The notes beneath the pieces are model-generated. The model searched no databases. It was not told the DNA's origin and was given only the letters and a program-made list of their open reading frames with translations. A stretch of DNA of 64,000 bases from Candidatus Aminicenantes bacterium (GTDB lineage Bacteria > Acidobacteriota > Aminicenantia > UBA2199), in the NCBI GenBank assembly GCA_011049425.1, contig DSBM01000053.1:3689-67688 (forward strand), in the 5' to 3' direction. Made by a program: the position numbers and the translations under genes. Shown here piece by piece: positions 10,178-19,646 of the stretch (position 1 is the first letter of the stretch; every line of letters starts with the position of its first letter).

Positions 10178-10450
10178 TCATTCTGCTTTATCTTCCCCAT
10201 CTTCGTTTTTCGATGTTTGAGACTCAGAATCTTGAATCAACCGGGCGAATTCATTTTCCAGCTTGCGGAATTCCCCCCGCTGCCGGTTGAGGATCTCCAT
10301 GCAGCGCCGGGCGGCTTCCAGGGCCTCCCGGGTCTTTTCCAGCAGGTCATCAATACCGATTTCGTCCTTGTTCAGTGCATCGGTAATGCGCTCCAGGACG
10401 GCAAAATTATGCTCGTAATTATCCACCTGATCCTTGCGGTTTGCCACCAT
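10178..10450 (-). CDS. xseB: Exodeoxyribonuclease VII small subunit
   Basis: 90 aa, FEEALARLEEIVEKLE-like helix (FAVLERITDALNKDEIGIDDLLEKTREALEAARRC). Stop-start overlap with xseA. Confidence 0.85.
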   Translation of the reverse strand: MVANRKDQVDNYEHNFAVLERITDALNKDEIGIDDLLEKTREALEAARRCMEILNRQRGEFRKLENEFARLIQDSESQTSKNEDGEDKAE

Positions 10451-12141
10451 TATTCCTCCTTGCGTTCCACTCGTTCCGTACCATCAAAAAAACGCAGACG
10501 GGCCCATGGCAGAGCACGAAAGGCTTTAGCCGTGGCGACCAATCTTTCATCCGGGCCGAATGTCATGGTAAACCCCTTTTCCAGAATGCGGTCCGGGTGG
10601 TTGGCCTGGGCGAGGTTTGCCCTGGCCTGCACGCCGTCTGTGGCTTTGCTCATGAAACGTTCCGCCCCGGATTCCGTTTCCTTGACCAGGTCCAGAAGTT
10701 TTGCGCCGGCATTATCCTGAAGGCGCTCAAGGCGACGGAAGTCCACCCGGGCCGCCGCCCTTTGAAGGCTCTCCCTTTCCCTCACCATAAAGGTGCCGAC
10801 GCGCAATTGAAAAGAGCGCTGCAGCTCTTTCAAACGATACGCGTTTTCCCGGTTCATGCGCATGCCGCTGCGCATGAAATCATGCATTCGATTCCGCAGC
10901 GCAGAACTCTCCCATTGCAGGCGTTTGCTACCCTGACGCGGCAATAGTTGCGCCCGGGCGCCGACTCGCTCCTTTTGCAGGCGATGCGCTTCAGAAAACC
11001 GCTCCACCAGCTTGCGCACCGATTCCCCCAGTCGGTTCTGCAAATCCAGGAACCTCTCCCGCAGAAAGCGTCCCACTCCGGAGGGTGTGGAAGGAGTGGG
11101 TGTAAAATGGGAACATATCTCTGCAGCGGAAAGATCCTTTTCATGACCAATGGCGGTCAAAACCGGGATACGGCAACGACAGATCCGGGCGCACAAACGG
11201 TAATCGTTAAATACCCCCAGGGATTGTTCACTGCCCCCACCACGCGCTATCACCACCGCGTGCGCACGCCAGGTTGGGTTGGACTCCATGAAATCCAATG
11301 CCGCGATCAACCCGTCCACGGCCCCGCTTCCCTCCATGCGCGTATCCAGAAATCCGATCCGGTAGCGATTCTCCAGCGGGCTCAACCCCGCCATGATATC
11401 GCGCACCGAAGTTCCCAGGGCTGAAGTCAACAATCCCACGCGGTTGATCAGCATGGGAAGCCTCAACTCTTTCTGCAGCTCCAGCAAGCCCTCACGACGC
11501 AAACGCTCCACGGTGAGATCCCTCTGGCTGCGCAGCCTTTCCCGGGTGAACTCAGGCATGATGTCCAACGCCCGCAAGCGCACATTGATGGTGTACTTGT
11601 GCGACAAGCCCGCCTCCACCTGCAGAAAAACCGGCAGGTCCTTTTCCAGCCCGGCAGCCACACCCGTAACGGACAAACGCTGCTCAATTCGTTGCCTTTC
11701 AGCCTGGCGCATCTCACAGGAAAACACCATGTCCTGTGTATCATCCTCGTCGCGAAGATCAAAATAGGTTGCCCAACGGTAGGCCTTCGGTTCAGACGCG
11801 ACTACGCCCCTGATCCAAAGGGCGGCCGGCAGAGCGGACCGTAGTATGGAATCGATGCGCTCCCGCAACTGGGAAACAGTGACCGACTCGGGAAGTCCAT
11901 CCGCCGGGGGCTCCGCCACAGCGGGTGCGGGATCCGTGACGGCATCATCAGCCCCGAGCCGGGCCAACTCCACCTCCACGTTACCATCGTAAAAATCCCA
12001 GCTCTTCTCCAACGCATTCCAGCGGTAGCCCCTGGATTTAAGGCGATCCTTTACCGGAAAGGCGTTGAACACGTGGATGCTGTTCTCGTCAAACGCCACT
12101 GTGACGGGATGTCCGTCAATAAGCAGTTGCACCCGTTTCAT
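10450..12141 (-). CDS. xseA: Exodeoxyribonuclease VII large subunit with a ~100-aa extra N-terminal domain
   Basis: OB-fold VSQLRERIDSILRSALPAALWIRGVVAS, then the catalytic core. Start taken at MKRVQLL (ATG 12139-12141); the ORF track allows 12264. The N-terminal ~100 aa precede the canonical OB-fold. Confidence 0.8.
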   Translation of the reverse strand: MKRVQLLIDGHPVTVAFDENSIHVFNAFPVKDRLKSRGYRWNALEKSWDFYDGNVEVELARLGADDAVTDPAPAVAEPPADGLPESVTVSQLRERIDSILRSALPAALWIRGVVASEPKAYRWATYFDLRDEDDTQDMVFSCEMRQAERQRIEQRLSVTGVAAGLEKDLPVFLQVEAGLSHKYTINVRLRALDIMPEFTRERLRSQRDLTVERLRREGLLELQKELRLPMLINRVGLLTSALGTSVRDIMAGLSPLENRYRIGFLDTRMEGSGAVDGLIAALDFMESNPTWRAHAVVIARGGGSEQSLGVFNDYRLCARICRCRIPVLTAIGHEKDLSAAEICSHFTPTPSTPSGVGRFLRERFLDLQNRLGESVRKLVERFSEAHRLQKERVGARAQLLPRQGSKRLQWESSALRNRMHDFMRSGMRMNRENAYRLKELQRSFQLRVGTFMVRERESLQRAAARVDFRRLERLQDNAGAKLLDLVKETESGAERFMSKATDGVQARANLAQANHPDRILEKGFTMTFGPDERLVATAKAFRALPWARLRFFDGTERVERKEE

Positions 12142-12320
12142 GCTTTCCACTATACCGCTTCCCCAAATCAGTGGCAACCATATAACATATGTAGAAGGTA
12201 GAGGAATCGCCACAAGCGGCTCAACTCTCCACTTCAGACTTTTGACTTTCAACTTGGTGCTCATGCCACCTGATACCTGCCTGCCCGCCGTAGCCTTGGC
12301 AAAGGCGGGTCACCTTCTTT

Positions 12321-12503
12321 TGCTGTGATGGGAACTTGGGAGAATTTGTGATGAAGATCTTGAGGTCCTGGTGATGAGAACTCATGAGGGCTTGTGATGA
12401 AAACCCATCACAGTGCCTATTAGCGCTTCATCACAGTTCGGCCGGCGATTCAGGGCTGCCCGGCCGGTTTCTTCATCACTATGACTCCCTCGTGGTATCA
12501 CCG
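12321..12503. repeat. Iteron-like array: four direct ~23-bp units with TGTGATGA core, then three to four inverted CATCAC(A/T) units
   Basis: CTGTGATGGGAACTTGGGAGAAT / TTGTGATGAAGATCTTGAGGTCC / TGGTGATGAGAACTCATGAGGGC / TTGTGATGAAAACCCATCACAGT, then ...TTCATCACAG...CTTCATCACT...TATCACC. Confidence 0.6.
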
Positions 12504-12722
12504 TGCTTTAACTTTTCACTTTCAACTTTCGACTTCTTCCCCCCTCAACTCCCTCAACTGATTTTTCCGGGCTGGTATGAAATTCGCCCCATTGTCTTTC
12601 TACCTTCTACATTCTACCTTCTACGGATTTGAGCGCGGCAGAGCAGTGCCACGGGCTCATTGCGCCCTGTGCGGGATCATGATAGAATCCAGCGTGACCC
12701 ATCCGGCCTCCTTAACAAAACA

Positions 12723-14057
12723 ATGGCATCATCCATGAATCCCCCGCAGACCACCGTTTCTTTTATCAGCCTCGGATGTTTCAAGAACACTGTAGACACA
12801 GAGGTTCTGGGGGGCATGCTGACGGAAATGGGAGTCCGCATTGTTTCTTCATACGAAGCGGCGGATTGGATCGTCATCAATACCTGCGGTTTTATTCAAC
12901 CCGCCAAAGAAGAGAGTATCAGTGAAATCCTTTCCGCCCTGGAAATGAAAACGAACGGCGAAGTCCAACATGTGGCGGTTATCGGCTGTTTGGCGGAACG
13001 CTACCTGGAAGAGCTGCGACAAAACTTTCCGGATGTAGACCTGATCTGGGGCGTCAACGATCCCCATAACCTGGCGACTGCTATCGCCCACGATCAACCG
13101 GCGCCGTACGGCAAAATTCCGGTATTTCTGTACGACCACACCCATTCCCGTATCCAGACCACACCACCCAATACCGGCTTTATCAAGATATCCGAAGGTT
13201 GTGACATGAAATGCAACTTCTGCGCCATTCCCGCTATCCGCGGCCCTTACCGTTCCCGGGACATTGAATCCGTGATCCGCGAAGCGGAAACCATGCGCAA
13301 ACGCGGGGTCGCGGAACTCAACCTGATTTCACAGAATTCCACTTACTTCGGACTGGACCACGGCCCCTCCTCCCAACTGCCTGTACTGCTGAAATCACTC
13401 TCCAGCCTGGGCTTCGACTGGATACGCGTTCTATACCTGATGCCTGAAGCGGTTACGGAAGAGATCCTGGAAGGTTTTTCTTATCCCGGCATTCTGCCTT
13501 ACTTCGACCTGCCTCTGCAGCACGTTGCGCCCCCCTTGTTGCGGCGCATGCGCCGCGGCGGTAGCGCAGACACATTCCAACGCCTGATCGAAAAAATCCG
13601 CCGCGATTTTTCCGCGGCAGTGATCCGATCCACCTTTATCACCGGGTTCCCGGGTGAAACGGAAGCACTATTCCAGGAACTCTGCGACTTCGCGCGGGAA
13701 CTCCGGATCGAACGCATCGGCGCATTCGCTTTTTCTCCGGAAGAAGGCACGCCGGCCTTTGACCTGGATGGCCGGGTCCCCCCCGAAGATGCCGTGCTTC
13801 GCCGCGAAGAGTTGATGGACATATCCGATGCCAACCTCGAAGCGTACAACCAACGTATTACCGGTACGGTCCAGTCTTTTCTGCCGGGCGGACCCTCTCC
13901 CTGGGAACAGGAAACCACTCTGGGCCGCATATCCTCCCAGGCTCCGGAAGTGGACGGCCTTACAGAAATCCGCGCTGATCTTTCCATGACCTCCGCCCCG
14001 ATATCCATTCGCATCACCGCTTCCCGTCAAAACATTCTGCAAGGAGAAAGCGCATGA
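12723..14057 (+). CDS. rimO: Ribosomal protein S12 methylthiotransferase (radical SAM MTTase with TRAM domain)
   Basis: ISLGCFKN N-terminal MTTase motif, radical SAM CNFCAIP, C-terminal TRAM. Confidence 0.8.
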   Translation: MASSMNPPQTTVSFISLGCFKNTVDTEVLGGMLTEMGVRIVSSYEAADWIVINTCGFIQPAKEESISEILSALEMKTNGEVQHVAVIGCLAERYLEELRQNFPDVDLIWGVNDPHNLATAIAHDQPAPYGKIPVFLYDHTHSRIQTTPPNTGFIKISEGCDMKCNFCAIPAIRGPYRSRDIESVIREAETMRKRGVAELNLISQNSTYFGLDHGPSSQLPVLLKSLSSLGFDWIRVLYLMPEAVTEEILEGFSYPGILPYFDLPLQHVAPPLLRRMRRGGSADTFQRLIEKIRRDFSAAVIRSTFITGFPGETEALFQELCDFARELRIERIGAFAFSPEEGTPAFDLDGRVPPEDAVLRREELMDISDANLEAYNQRITGTVQSFLPGGPSPWEQETTLGRISSQAPEVDGLTEIRADLSMTSAPISIRITASRQNILQGESA

Positions 14058-14527
14058 AATCTCCCTGGCTTACCATCAGCACGTTCTTTAACATCGGATA
14101 CCTTCCCCTGGCACCCGGCTCCTGGGCTTCCCTAATTGCCGCCGCTATCCTTTTCGCGGCGGCAAAACTGTTGAATCCCGCTTCATTTCTGTGGTTGCCC
14201 CTTGCCACCCTGCCGATCATCATTGTCGGCGTATACGCTTCTTCCCGCGCGGAAAAACTGTTGGACAGCAAAGACCCGCAACCCATTGTGATCGACGAAG
14301 TCGCCGGACAAATGGTATCTTTGTGGTGGCTCCCAGTAAACATTCCCGTTTATCTGGCGGCTTTCCTTTTGTTCCGGCTCTTCGATATCCTTAAACCCTT
14401 CCCCATCAATCGCGTAGATCGCAGTGTCCGCGGCGGCTGGGGTGTCATGTTTGACGATATCCTGGCGGGATTGTTTACCGCGGGAATCATCCACCTGTTG
14501 TTATTTATTTTCCACCAACCGGCCTGA
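14054..14527 (+). CDS. pgpA: Phosphatidylglycerophosphatase A
   Basis: GSWASL, IVIDEVAGQ, FRLFDILKP, GGWGVMFDDILAG: PgpA signature motifs. Confidence 0.85.
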   Translation: MKSPWLTISTFFNIGYLPLAPGSWASLIAAAILFAAAKLLNPASFLWLPLATLPIIIVGVYASSRAEKLLDSKDPQPIVIDEVAGQMVSLWWLPVNIPVYLAAFLLFRLFDILKPFPINRVDRSVRGGWGVMFDDILAGLFTAGIIHLLLFIFHQPA

Positions 14528-14602
14528 AGCCGCGTCAACATTGTCATGTAAATCCGGAAAGGGTTATAATCAATCTTTCTACTCAACCAACAGGAGGTTT
14601 TC

Positions 14603-15886
14603 ATGAAACGCACATTGATTCCAGCATTTACGGTTATCCTTTGCATGGGTATGATCCTTACAGCCATGCCGGACGAACCCAACAAAGTCCGTTATGTGCC
14701 TTATTCAACGGATCCCGTACTGGAACAGATCCGTGACCACTTCACGGCTTTAGAGAAACAGCGGCAGGAAGAAACCTGCAAAATCCAGCAGCGACATCGA
14801 AAAGAGAAGATGGAACAGCGAAAGCAACGCCGTAACATGAAATCCGATTTTTCCGGCGTTTATCCCCCCGCCTCACCGGAAGCGTTTACACGCATTTTCC
14901 ATTTCCCCCCCCAGGCTCAATACATGACATCCACTTGCTGGAGTTTCTGTACCACCTCGTTTTACGAGAGCGAAATTTTCCGCTTGACCGGTAAAAAAAT
15001 CAAACTGTCGGAAATGTGGACTCCCTACTGGGAACTTCTGGCCAAGTGCCGCGGCTATATCCGTGAACGGGGAAACTCATACGTGGCCGGAGGCGGCCAG
15101 GCCAACGCCTTTCAGCGCATCTGGAAAGAACACGGCGTGGTCCCGGCGGCAGCCTACACCGGGATCCTGAACGAGGGTGAGAAACACAATCACGGGCCCT
15201 TGATGAAGGAGTTGGCATCCTATCTGGATTACATCAAAAACAACGATTTGTGGGATGAGCAAGAGAACCTCCGCCATATCACGTTGATTCTGAACCGCCA
15301 TATGGGCGCTCCTCCAGAGCAATTCACCTGGCAGGGCCGGAAAATAACGCCCCACCAATTCCTGAAAGTCACGGGACTCAACATGGACGATTACGTATCC
15401 ACCATGTCCACCAGCTACTACCCCTTTCATACCTTCCAGGAATTCCGTGCCCCGGACAACTGGTGGCACAGCAAAGACTACCTGAACCTGCCCCTGGAGG
15501 AGTGGCTGGAAGTGATTCGTCGCGCCATGGAAAAGGGTTACACCATCAATATCGGTGGTGATACATCGGAGCCGGGAAAATGTGGCGAGCGGGACATCGC
15601 TTTCGTACCCAGCTTCGATATCCCCACCGATTCCATTAACCAGGATTCCCGCGAATTCCGCATCTACAACCGCACCACCGGCGACGACCACGGCATTCAC
15701 ATCGTTGGCCATACGAGCCACGACGGCTGGAACTGGTACCTTATCAAGGACTCCGGCCGTTCCGCCCGCAAAGGACAATTCGCCGGCTATTACATGTTCC
15801 GGGAAGATTACATTAAACTCAAAATGCTCACCTTTACCGTGCACAAAGATATGGTCAAGCATATTCTGTCCAAAATAAAAGATTGA
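14603..15886 (+). CDS. Papain-family C1B cysteine peptidase (aminopeptidase C / bleomycin hydrolase-like) with N-terminal signal peptide
   Basis: Active-site block QAQYMTSTCWSF (Q-x-x-x-x-x-C-W) and a C-terminal His/Asn region HIVGHTSHDGWNWYLIKDS. RBS AGGAGG upstream. Confidence 0.75.
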   Translation: MKRTLIPAFTVILCMGMILTAMPDEPNKVRYVPYSTDPVLEQIRDHFTALEKQRQEETCKIQQRHRKEKMEQRKQRRNMKSDFSGVYPPASPEAFTRIFHFPPQAQYMTSTCWSFCTTSFYESEIFRLTGKKIKLSEMWTPYWELLAKCRGYIRERGNSYVAGGGQANAFQRIWKEHGVVPAAAYTGILNEGEKHNHGPLMKELASYLDYIKNNDLWDEQENLRHITLILNRHMGAPPEQFTWQGRKITPHQFLKVTGLNMDDYVSTMSTSYYPFHTFQEFRAPDNWWHSKDYLNLPLEEWLEVIRRAMEKGYTINIGGDTSEPGKCGERDIAFVPSFDIPTDSINQDSREFRIYNRTTGDDHGIHIVGHTSHDGWNWYLIKDSGRSARKGQFAGYYMFREDYIKLKMLTFTVHKDMVKHILSKIKD

Positions 15887-15903
15887 AATGGGAATCAGCC
15901 TTT

Positions 15904-15924
15904 GGGGCCGCTTTCGGCGGCCCC
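15904..15924 (+). terminator. GC-rich hairpin GGGGCCGC-tttcg-GCGGCCCC directly after the C1 peptidase stop (no clean U tract)
   Basis: Perfect 8-bp stem with a 5-nt loop, read directly from the sequence, 18 nt after the stop codon. Confidence 0.35.
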
Positions 15925-15945
15925 GAAGGCTGAAATGTGGAGTGC

Positions 15946-15974
15946 TTGTCTTCCCCTGTCCGATGTTGTATAAT
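15946..15974 (+). promoter_or_regulatory. Sigma70-like promoter for rpmB (TTGTCT-17 bp-TATAAT)
   Basis: -35 TTGTCT at 15946-15951, 17-nt spacer, -10 TATAAT at 15969-15974, ~30 nt upstream of the rpmB TTG start. Confidence 0.45.
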
Positions 15975-16003
15975 ATCGCTCTGATTTCCAGGAGGGACCC
16001 GAA

Positions 16004-16195
16004 TTGTCGAAAGTATGCGAAATCTGTGGAAAACGCCCGGTTACAGGCAACAACGTAAGCCACTCCCATAAACTCACCAAACGCCGCTGGCTGCCGAACC
16101 TTCAGGCCGTTCGCGTGGACGTGGACGGCAAAACCCGGCGCATGCGCGTGTGCACCTCTTGCATCCGTTCGGGGCGAGTGCGCAAAGCCGTCTAA
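16004..16195 (+). CDS. rpmB: 50S ribosomal protein L28 (TTG start)
   Basis: SKVCEICGKRP...GNNVSHSHKLTKRRWLPNLQ: canonical L28 with a CxxC...CxxC zinc ribbon. Confidence 0.85.
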   Translation: MSKVCEICGKRPVTGNNVSHSHKLTKRRWLPNLQAVRVDVDGKTRRMRVCTSCIRSGRVRKAV

Positions 16196-16230
16196 TCGTA
16201 TAGCGCCTTTCTCCGGGACACACCGATTTC

Positions 16231-16737
16231 ATGAGCGAAATCACCCGTCCGACCCGGATTGCTCTCAAAACATCTCTCTTTCGCAATTCTTTTCGCGTGG
16301 CTGTAATCGGTGGCGGTACCGCCGGCGAAGAAATCCTGGCGTTGGCCGAAAAAATGGGCCGTCTGATCGCAACCAGTGGTTATTTGCTGGTGTGCGGAGG
16401 TCTGGGCGGAGTCATGGAAGCCGCATCCAGGGGGGCGAAGTCCTGCGGCGGCACCGTACTGGGGATCCTGCCGGGCTCGGTTCGATCCGAAGCCAACCCC
16501 TGGGTGGATATCGCGATCACCACGGGATTGGGTCATCTGCGCAACGCCCTGGTGGTTGGCAATGCCGATGTCGTGGTGGCAATAGACGGCCGGCACGGAA
16601 CCCTGTCCGAGATCGCCCACGCCCGTATTCAGAAAATTCCAGTCTTTGGACTCCGCACCTGGAACCTTCCACAGGTTCAACTTCTGGATAACCCGGAACA
16701 GGTAATCACGCAAATTCGCAAGTACCTTGAAGCCTGA
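16231..16737 (+). CDS. TIGR00725/LOG-family (SLOG Rossmann) protein
   Basis: VAVIGGG...LVCGGLGGVMEAASRGA...VVAIDGRHGTLSEI, typical of LOG/SLOG-cluster proteins. Confidence 0.65.
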   Translation: MSEITRPTRIALKTSLFRNSFRVAVIGGGTAGEEILALAEKMGRLIATSGYLLVCGGLGGVMEAASRGAKSCGGTVLGILPGSVRSEANPWVDIAITTGLGHLRNALVVGNADVVVAIDGRHGTLSEIAHARIQKIPVFGLRTWNLPQVQLLDNPEQVITQIRKYLEA

Positions 16738-17467
16738 AAACTATCGCGTCACCCTGGAATTTGACGGCACCAGCTATTCCGGCTGGCAATACCAGAACCC
16801 GGAAACTCCTACCATTCAAAGAGAAATCATGCGCGTCCTGCAGGTGATCGCCAAGAAACGCGTGGTAGTCACCGGAAGCAGCCGCACCGACGCGGGTGTG
16901 CATTCACGGGGACTGGTGGCCAATTTTCACCTCCCGGTCCGTATCCAGCCGGACTCATTGCAATTGGCCATGAACGCCTTATTGCCCAGAGACATTCGCG
17001 TTTCCACCTGTGAACGTGCCCACCCCAAATTCAACGCCCGCTTCGGCGCGTGCAGCAAAACCTATGAATACCGCATCTTTCGCGGCCGCACGCTTTCGCC
17101 CTTTGATTGCCGCTGGGTGACCCACATTCCCCAACCCCTGGATATTCGGGCCATGAAACGAGCCCTGCGTCATTTCAAAGGTTCGAAAGACTACTCCTCT
17201 TTCACTTCGGACACAGAGAAAAAAAACCGGGTGCGAACCATCAACCGCATCAGCCTGAAAAAACGGGGTGATACCCTGATCCTCACCGTAACCGGCCCCG
17301 CATTCCTGCGATACATGGTTCGCAACATTGCCGGCACGCTGATCGACGTGGGCCGGGGAAAGATCGAAGCCGCGGACATCCCGGCAATTTTTGCCGCCAG
17401 AGACCGGCGGCGCTCCGGCCGGACTGCCCCCGCCCGGGGGCTGACCCTTCAGCGCGTAGACTACTGA
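16727..17467 (+). CDS. truA: tRNA pseudouridine(38-40) synthase (TTG start overlapping the upstream stop)
   Basis: YRVTLEFDGTSYSGWQYQ, then the catalytic Asp block SRTDAGVHS. Confidence 0.85.
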   Translation: MKPENYRVTLEFDGTSYSGWQYQNPETPTIQREIMRVLQVIAKKRVVVTGSSRTDAGVHSRGLVANFHLPVRIQPDSLQLAMNALLPRDIRVSTCERAHPKFNARFGACSKTYEYRIFRGRTLSPFDCRWVTHIPQPLDIRAMKRALRHFKGSKDYSSFTSDTEKKNRVRTINRISLKKRGDTLILTVTGPAFLRYMVRNIAGTLIDVGRGKIEAADIPAIFAARDRRRSGRTAPARGLTLQRVDY

Positions 17468-17508
17468 AGCCGCTTTACTCATCCGGGGAAATTTCATATA
17501 ATCGATCC

Positions 17509-18066
17509 ATGCGCGTGTTTATCGGGATCAAGCCCGAAGGGGAGTTTTTAAACCAACTGGAAGCGGCTGTCGCCCCCCTGCGCCGAGAATTTCCCGGCTT
17601 GAATTGGGTCCCATCCCGGAACCGCCACTTGACCCTGCGCTTTCTCGGTGAGATAACCGACAAAGTGCTGAATGCGCTATGCGGACGCCTGGATGCCTTT
17701 CCGCCGCGGGTGGATCCATTCTCCATTCAAATCGACCGGTTGGGCGGATTTTCCGGCAGATCCGGCCTGCGTGTTGTCTGGGCGGGTATCCAGTCTTCTT
17801 TCCGCCTGGAAAAGCTGAAGAACTGGCTGGAGAAACAACTGGGCGATATGGGAATTGCCGCTGAGGATCGCCCATTTCATGCCCACATCACCCTGGCCCG
17901 CATCAGCAAACCCCTTACCGACCCGACTCTGCCACAAAAACTTCACCAAGCACGCCTGCCGGACTTGACTTTCCCGGTCGCTACCGTCCACCTGTTTCAA
18001 AGTCGCCTCTCCGCCAACGGACCACTCTACTCGATTCTAAAGGAGGTACCCCTTGAGCACGCATGA
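17509..18066 (+). CDS. thpR: RNA 2',3'-cyclic phosphodiesterase (2H phosphoesterase, LigT/ThpR)
   Basis: Two H-x-T-x motifs: HLTLRFLG and HAHITLAR. Confidence 0.8.
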   Translation: MRVFIGIKPEGEFLNQLEAAVAPLRREFPGLNWVPSRNRHLTLRFLGEITDKVLNALCGRLDAFPPRVDPFSIQIDRLGGFSGRSGLRVVWAGIQSSFRLEKLKNWLEKQLGDMGIAAEDRPFHAHITLARISKPLTDPTLPQKLHQARLPDLTFPVATVHLFQSRLSANGPLYSILKEVPLEHA

Positions 18067-18658
18067 GTGGACTTTTCTTTTATCTTCTTTGCTGCTTGGA
18101 TCCGTACCTTTCGGCTACCTCCTGTGTATTCTGATCACGCGGCGTGACATCCGCAAGGAAGGCAGCGGCAACATCGGCGCCACCAATGTGTTGCGCACAC
18201 TCGGACCGCTGGGCGGCGCGGCCACATTGCTGTTGGACATTCTCAAAGGCGCCTTACCGGTTTTGTACGGCCTTCATCATTTCTACAGTCCCTACCTGGT
18301 GTTGGCAGGCGGAGCCGCCGCCATTCTCGGTCACATGTATTCTCCATTTCTGAAGTTTCGCGGTGGCAAGGGCGTATCGACATTCCTGGGTGTTTTTGCC
18401 GTGCTTCACCCGTGGTCGGCCGTACTGTTCTTGGCGGGATTCTTTGCTGTTTTTTACTTTACGCGCCTGGCATCCGCCGCCTCTCTGACCGGTGTCGGTG
18501 TCGTTTTCTTTAGCCATCTGGTTACTCGGGTACCGATGATTTCCATGATTGTACTCTCTCTGGTTGTCTTGATCTTTCTTCGCCACCGCCACAACATCAA
18601 TGCCATTATCCGGGGAACGGAACGGCGGCTCCAATTGGGGAAATCCACACATGAATAA
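18053..18658 (+). CDS. plsY: Glycerol-3-phosphate acyltransferase PlsY
   Basis: GSGNIGATNVLR motif; polytopic, ~200 aa. Confidence 0.9.
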   Translation: MSTHEWTFLLSSLLLGSVPFGYLLCILITRRDIRKEGSGNIGATNVLRTLGPLGGAATLLLDILKGALPVLYGLHHFYSPYLVLAGGAAAILGHMYSPFLKFRGGKGVSTFLGVFAVLHPWSAVLFLAGFFAVFYFTRLASAASLTGVGVVFFSHLVTRVPMISMIVLSLVVLIFLRHRHNINAIIRGTERRLQLGKSTHE

Positions 18659-19646
18659 GATCCTGGTTGTCGGGGCCGGCTCCTGGGGCACGGCCTTTGC
18701 AGATTACCTCGCGCGTACACTCGGGCCCGTGCGGATTTGGGTACGCGAAGAAGAGGTGCTCCGCTCCATACGTGAAAACAAAGAGAACACACGCTTTCTT
18801 GCCGGTTTTCCCCTGTCGCGGAACCTGGTGGCCGTGGATGATTTGGAAACAGAGGCGGCAAATGCCGACATTCTGGTTCATGCGGTTCCATCCAAGTTCT
18901 CCCGCGGCATTTTTGAACGCCTGCGCGCCGTATTTGATCACCAGGTGATCGTCAACCTGAGCAAGGGTTTTGAAGCTTCTTCATTGATGACCCTTTCTCA
19001 ATTGGCCCGGGACGTAATGGGCGACCGCATCATCAGTCAGTGGGTCACCATTTCCGGGCCCTCATTCGCGCGTGAGCTGGCCCAGCACCACCCCACCGCG
19101 GTAGTCGCCGTTTCCCACATCGACACCCTGCTGGAGGATATTCAGCAATCCTTCTCTTCTCCACACCTGCGCATCTACCGCAACACTGATCTGGCGGGCA
19201 TTGAGGTGGCCGCATCCATGAAAAACGTCATGGCCATCGCTTCCGGGATCATCCATGGATCCGGATACGGGTACAATACCACTGCATCCCTCATCACCCG
19301 CGCCACCGTGGAAATCGCTCGCCTGGGGGGACGATTGGGCGGACGCAAAGAGACATTCTGGGGCCTGGCCGGTATCGGCGACCTCATGCTTACCTGTTTT
19401 GGACCCCTGTCACGCAATTTTCAACTCGGGGTGCAAGTGGCTTCCGGGCGTAGCCTGAACGAGATCGAAGACGAGATGGTCATGATCGCCGAGGGCGTGG
19501 AAACCACGCGTGCCGCATACAACCTGGCCAAGCGGCTCGAGATTGAAATGCCCATTACCGAAAAAGTATATGAAGTCCTGTTCCAGAATAAAAACCCACG
19601 CTCCGCCCTTCAGGAACTCATGCAACGGAGACTGAAACCCGAGTGA
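18651..19646 (+). CDS. gpsA: NAD(P)H-dependent glycerol-3-phosphate dehydrogenase
   Basis: MNKILVVGAGSWGTA Rossmann start, then the GpsA core (LSKGFE, GIGDLMLTC). Confidence 0.9.
   Translation: MNKILVVGAGSWGTAFADYLARTLGPVRIWVREEEVLRSIRENKENTRFLAGFPLSRNLVAVDDLETEAANADILVHAVPSKFSRGIFERLRAVFDHQVIVNLSKGFEASSLMTLSQLARDVMGDRIISQWVTISGPSFARELAQHHPTAVVAVSHIDTLLEDIQQSFSSPHLRIYRNTDLAGIEVAASMKNVMAIASGIIHGSGYGYNTTASLITRATVEIARLGGRLGGRKETFWGLAGIGDLMLTCFGPLSRNFQLGVQVASGRSLNEIEDEMVMIAEGVETTRAAYNLAKRLEIEMPITEKVYEVLFQNKNPRSALQELMQRRLKPE

Noticed and set aside
12371-12400. GTGATGA words resemble C boxes (RUGAUGA) of C/D-box small RNAs
   Set aside because: No appropriately spaced CUGA D boxes. C/D sRNAs are archaeal or eukaryotic, and this is a bacterial context.
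12394-12413. TGTGATGAAAACCCATCACA looked like a CRP/FNR-type TGTGA-N-TCACA palindrome
   Set aside because: The spacer is 10 nt, not 6. The surrounding units are direct, not palindromic. It fits an iteron array better than a single CRP site.
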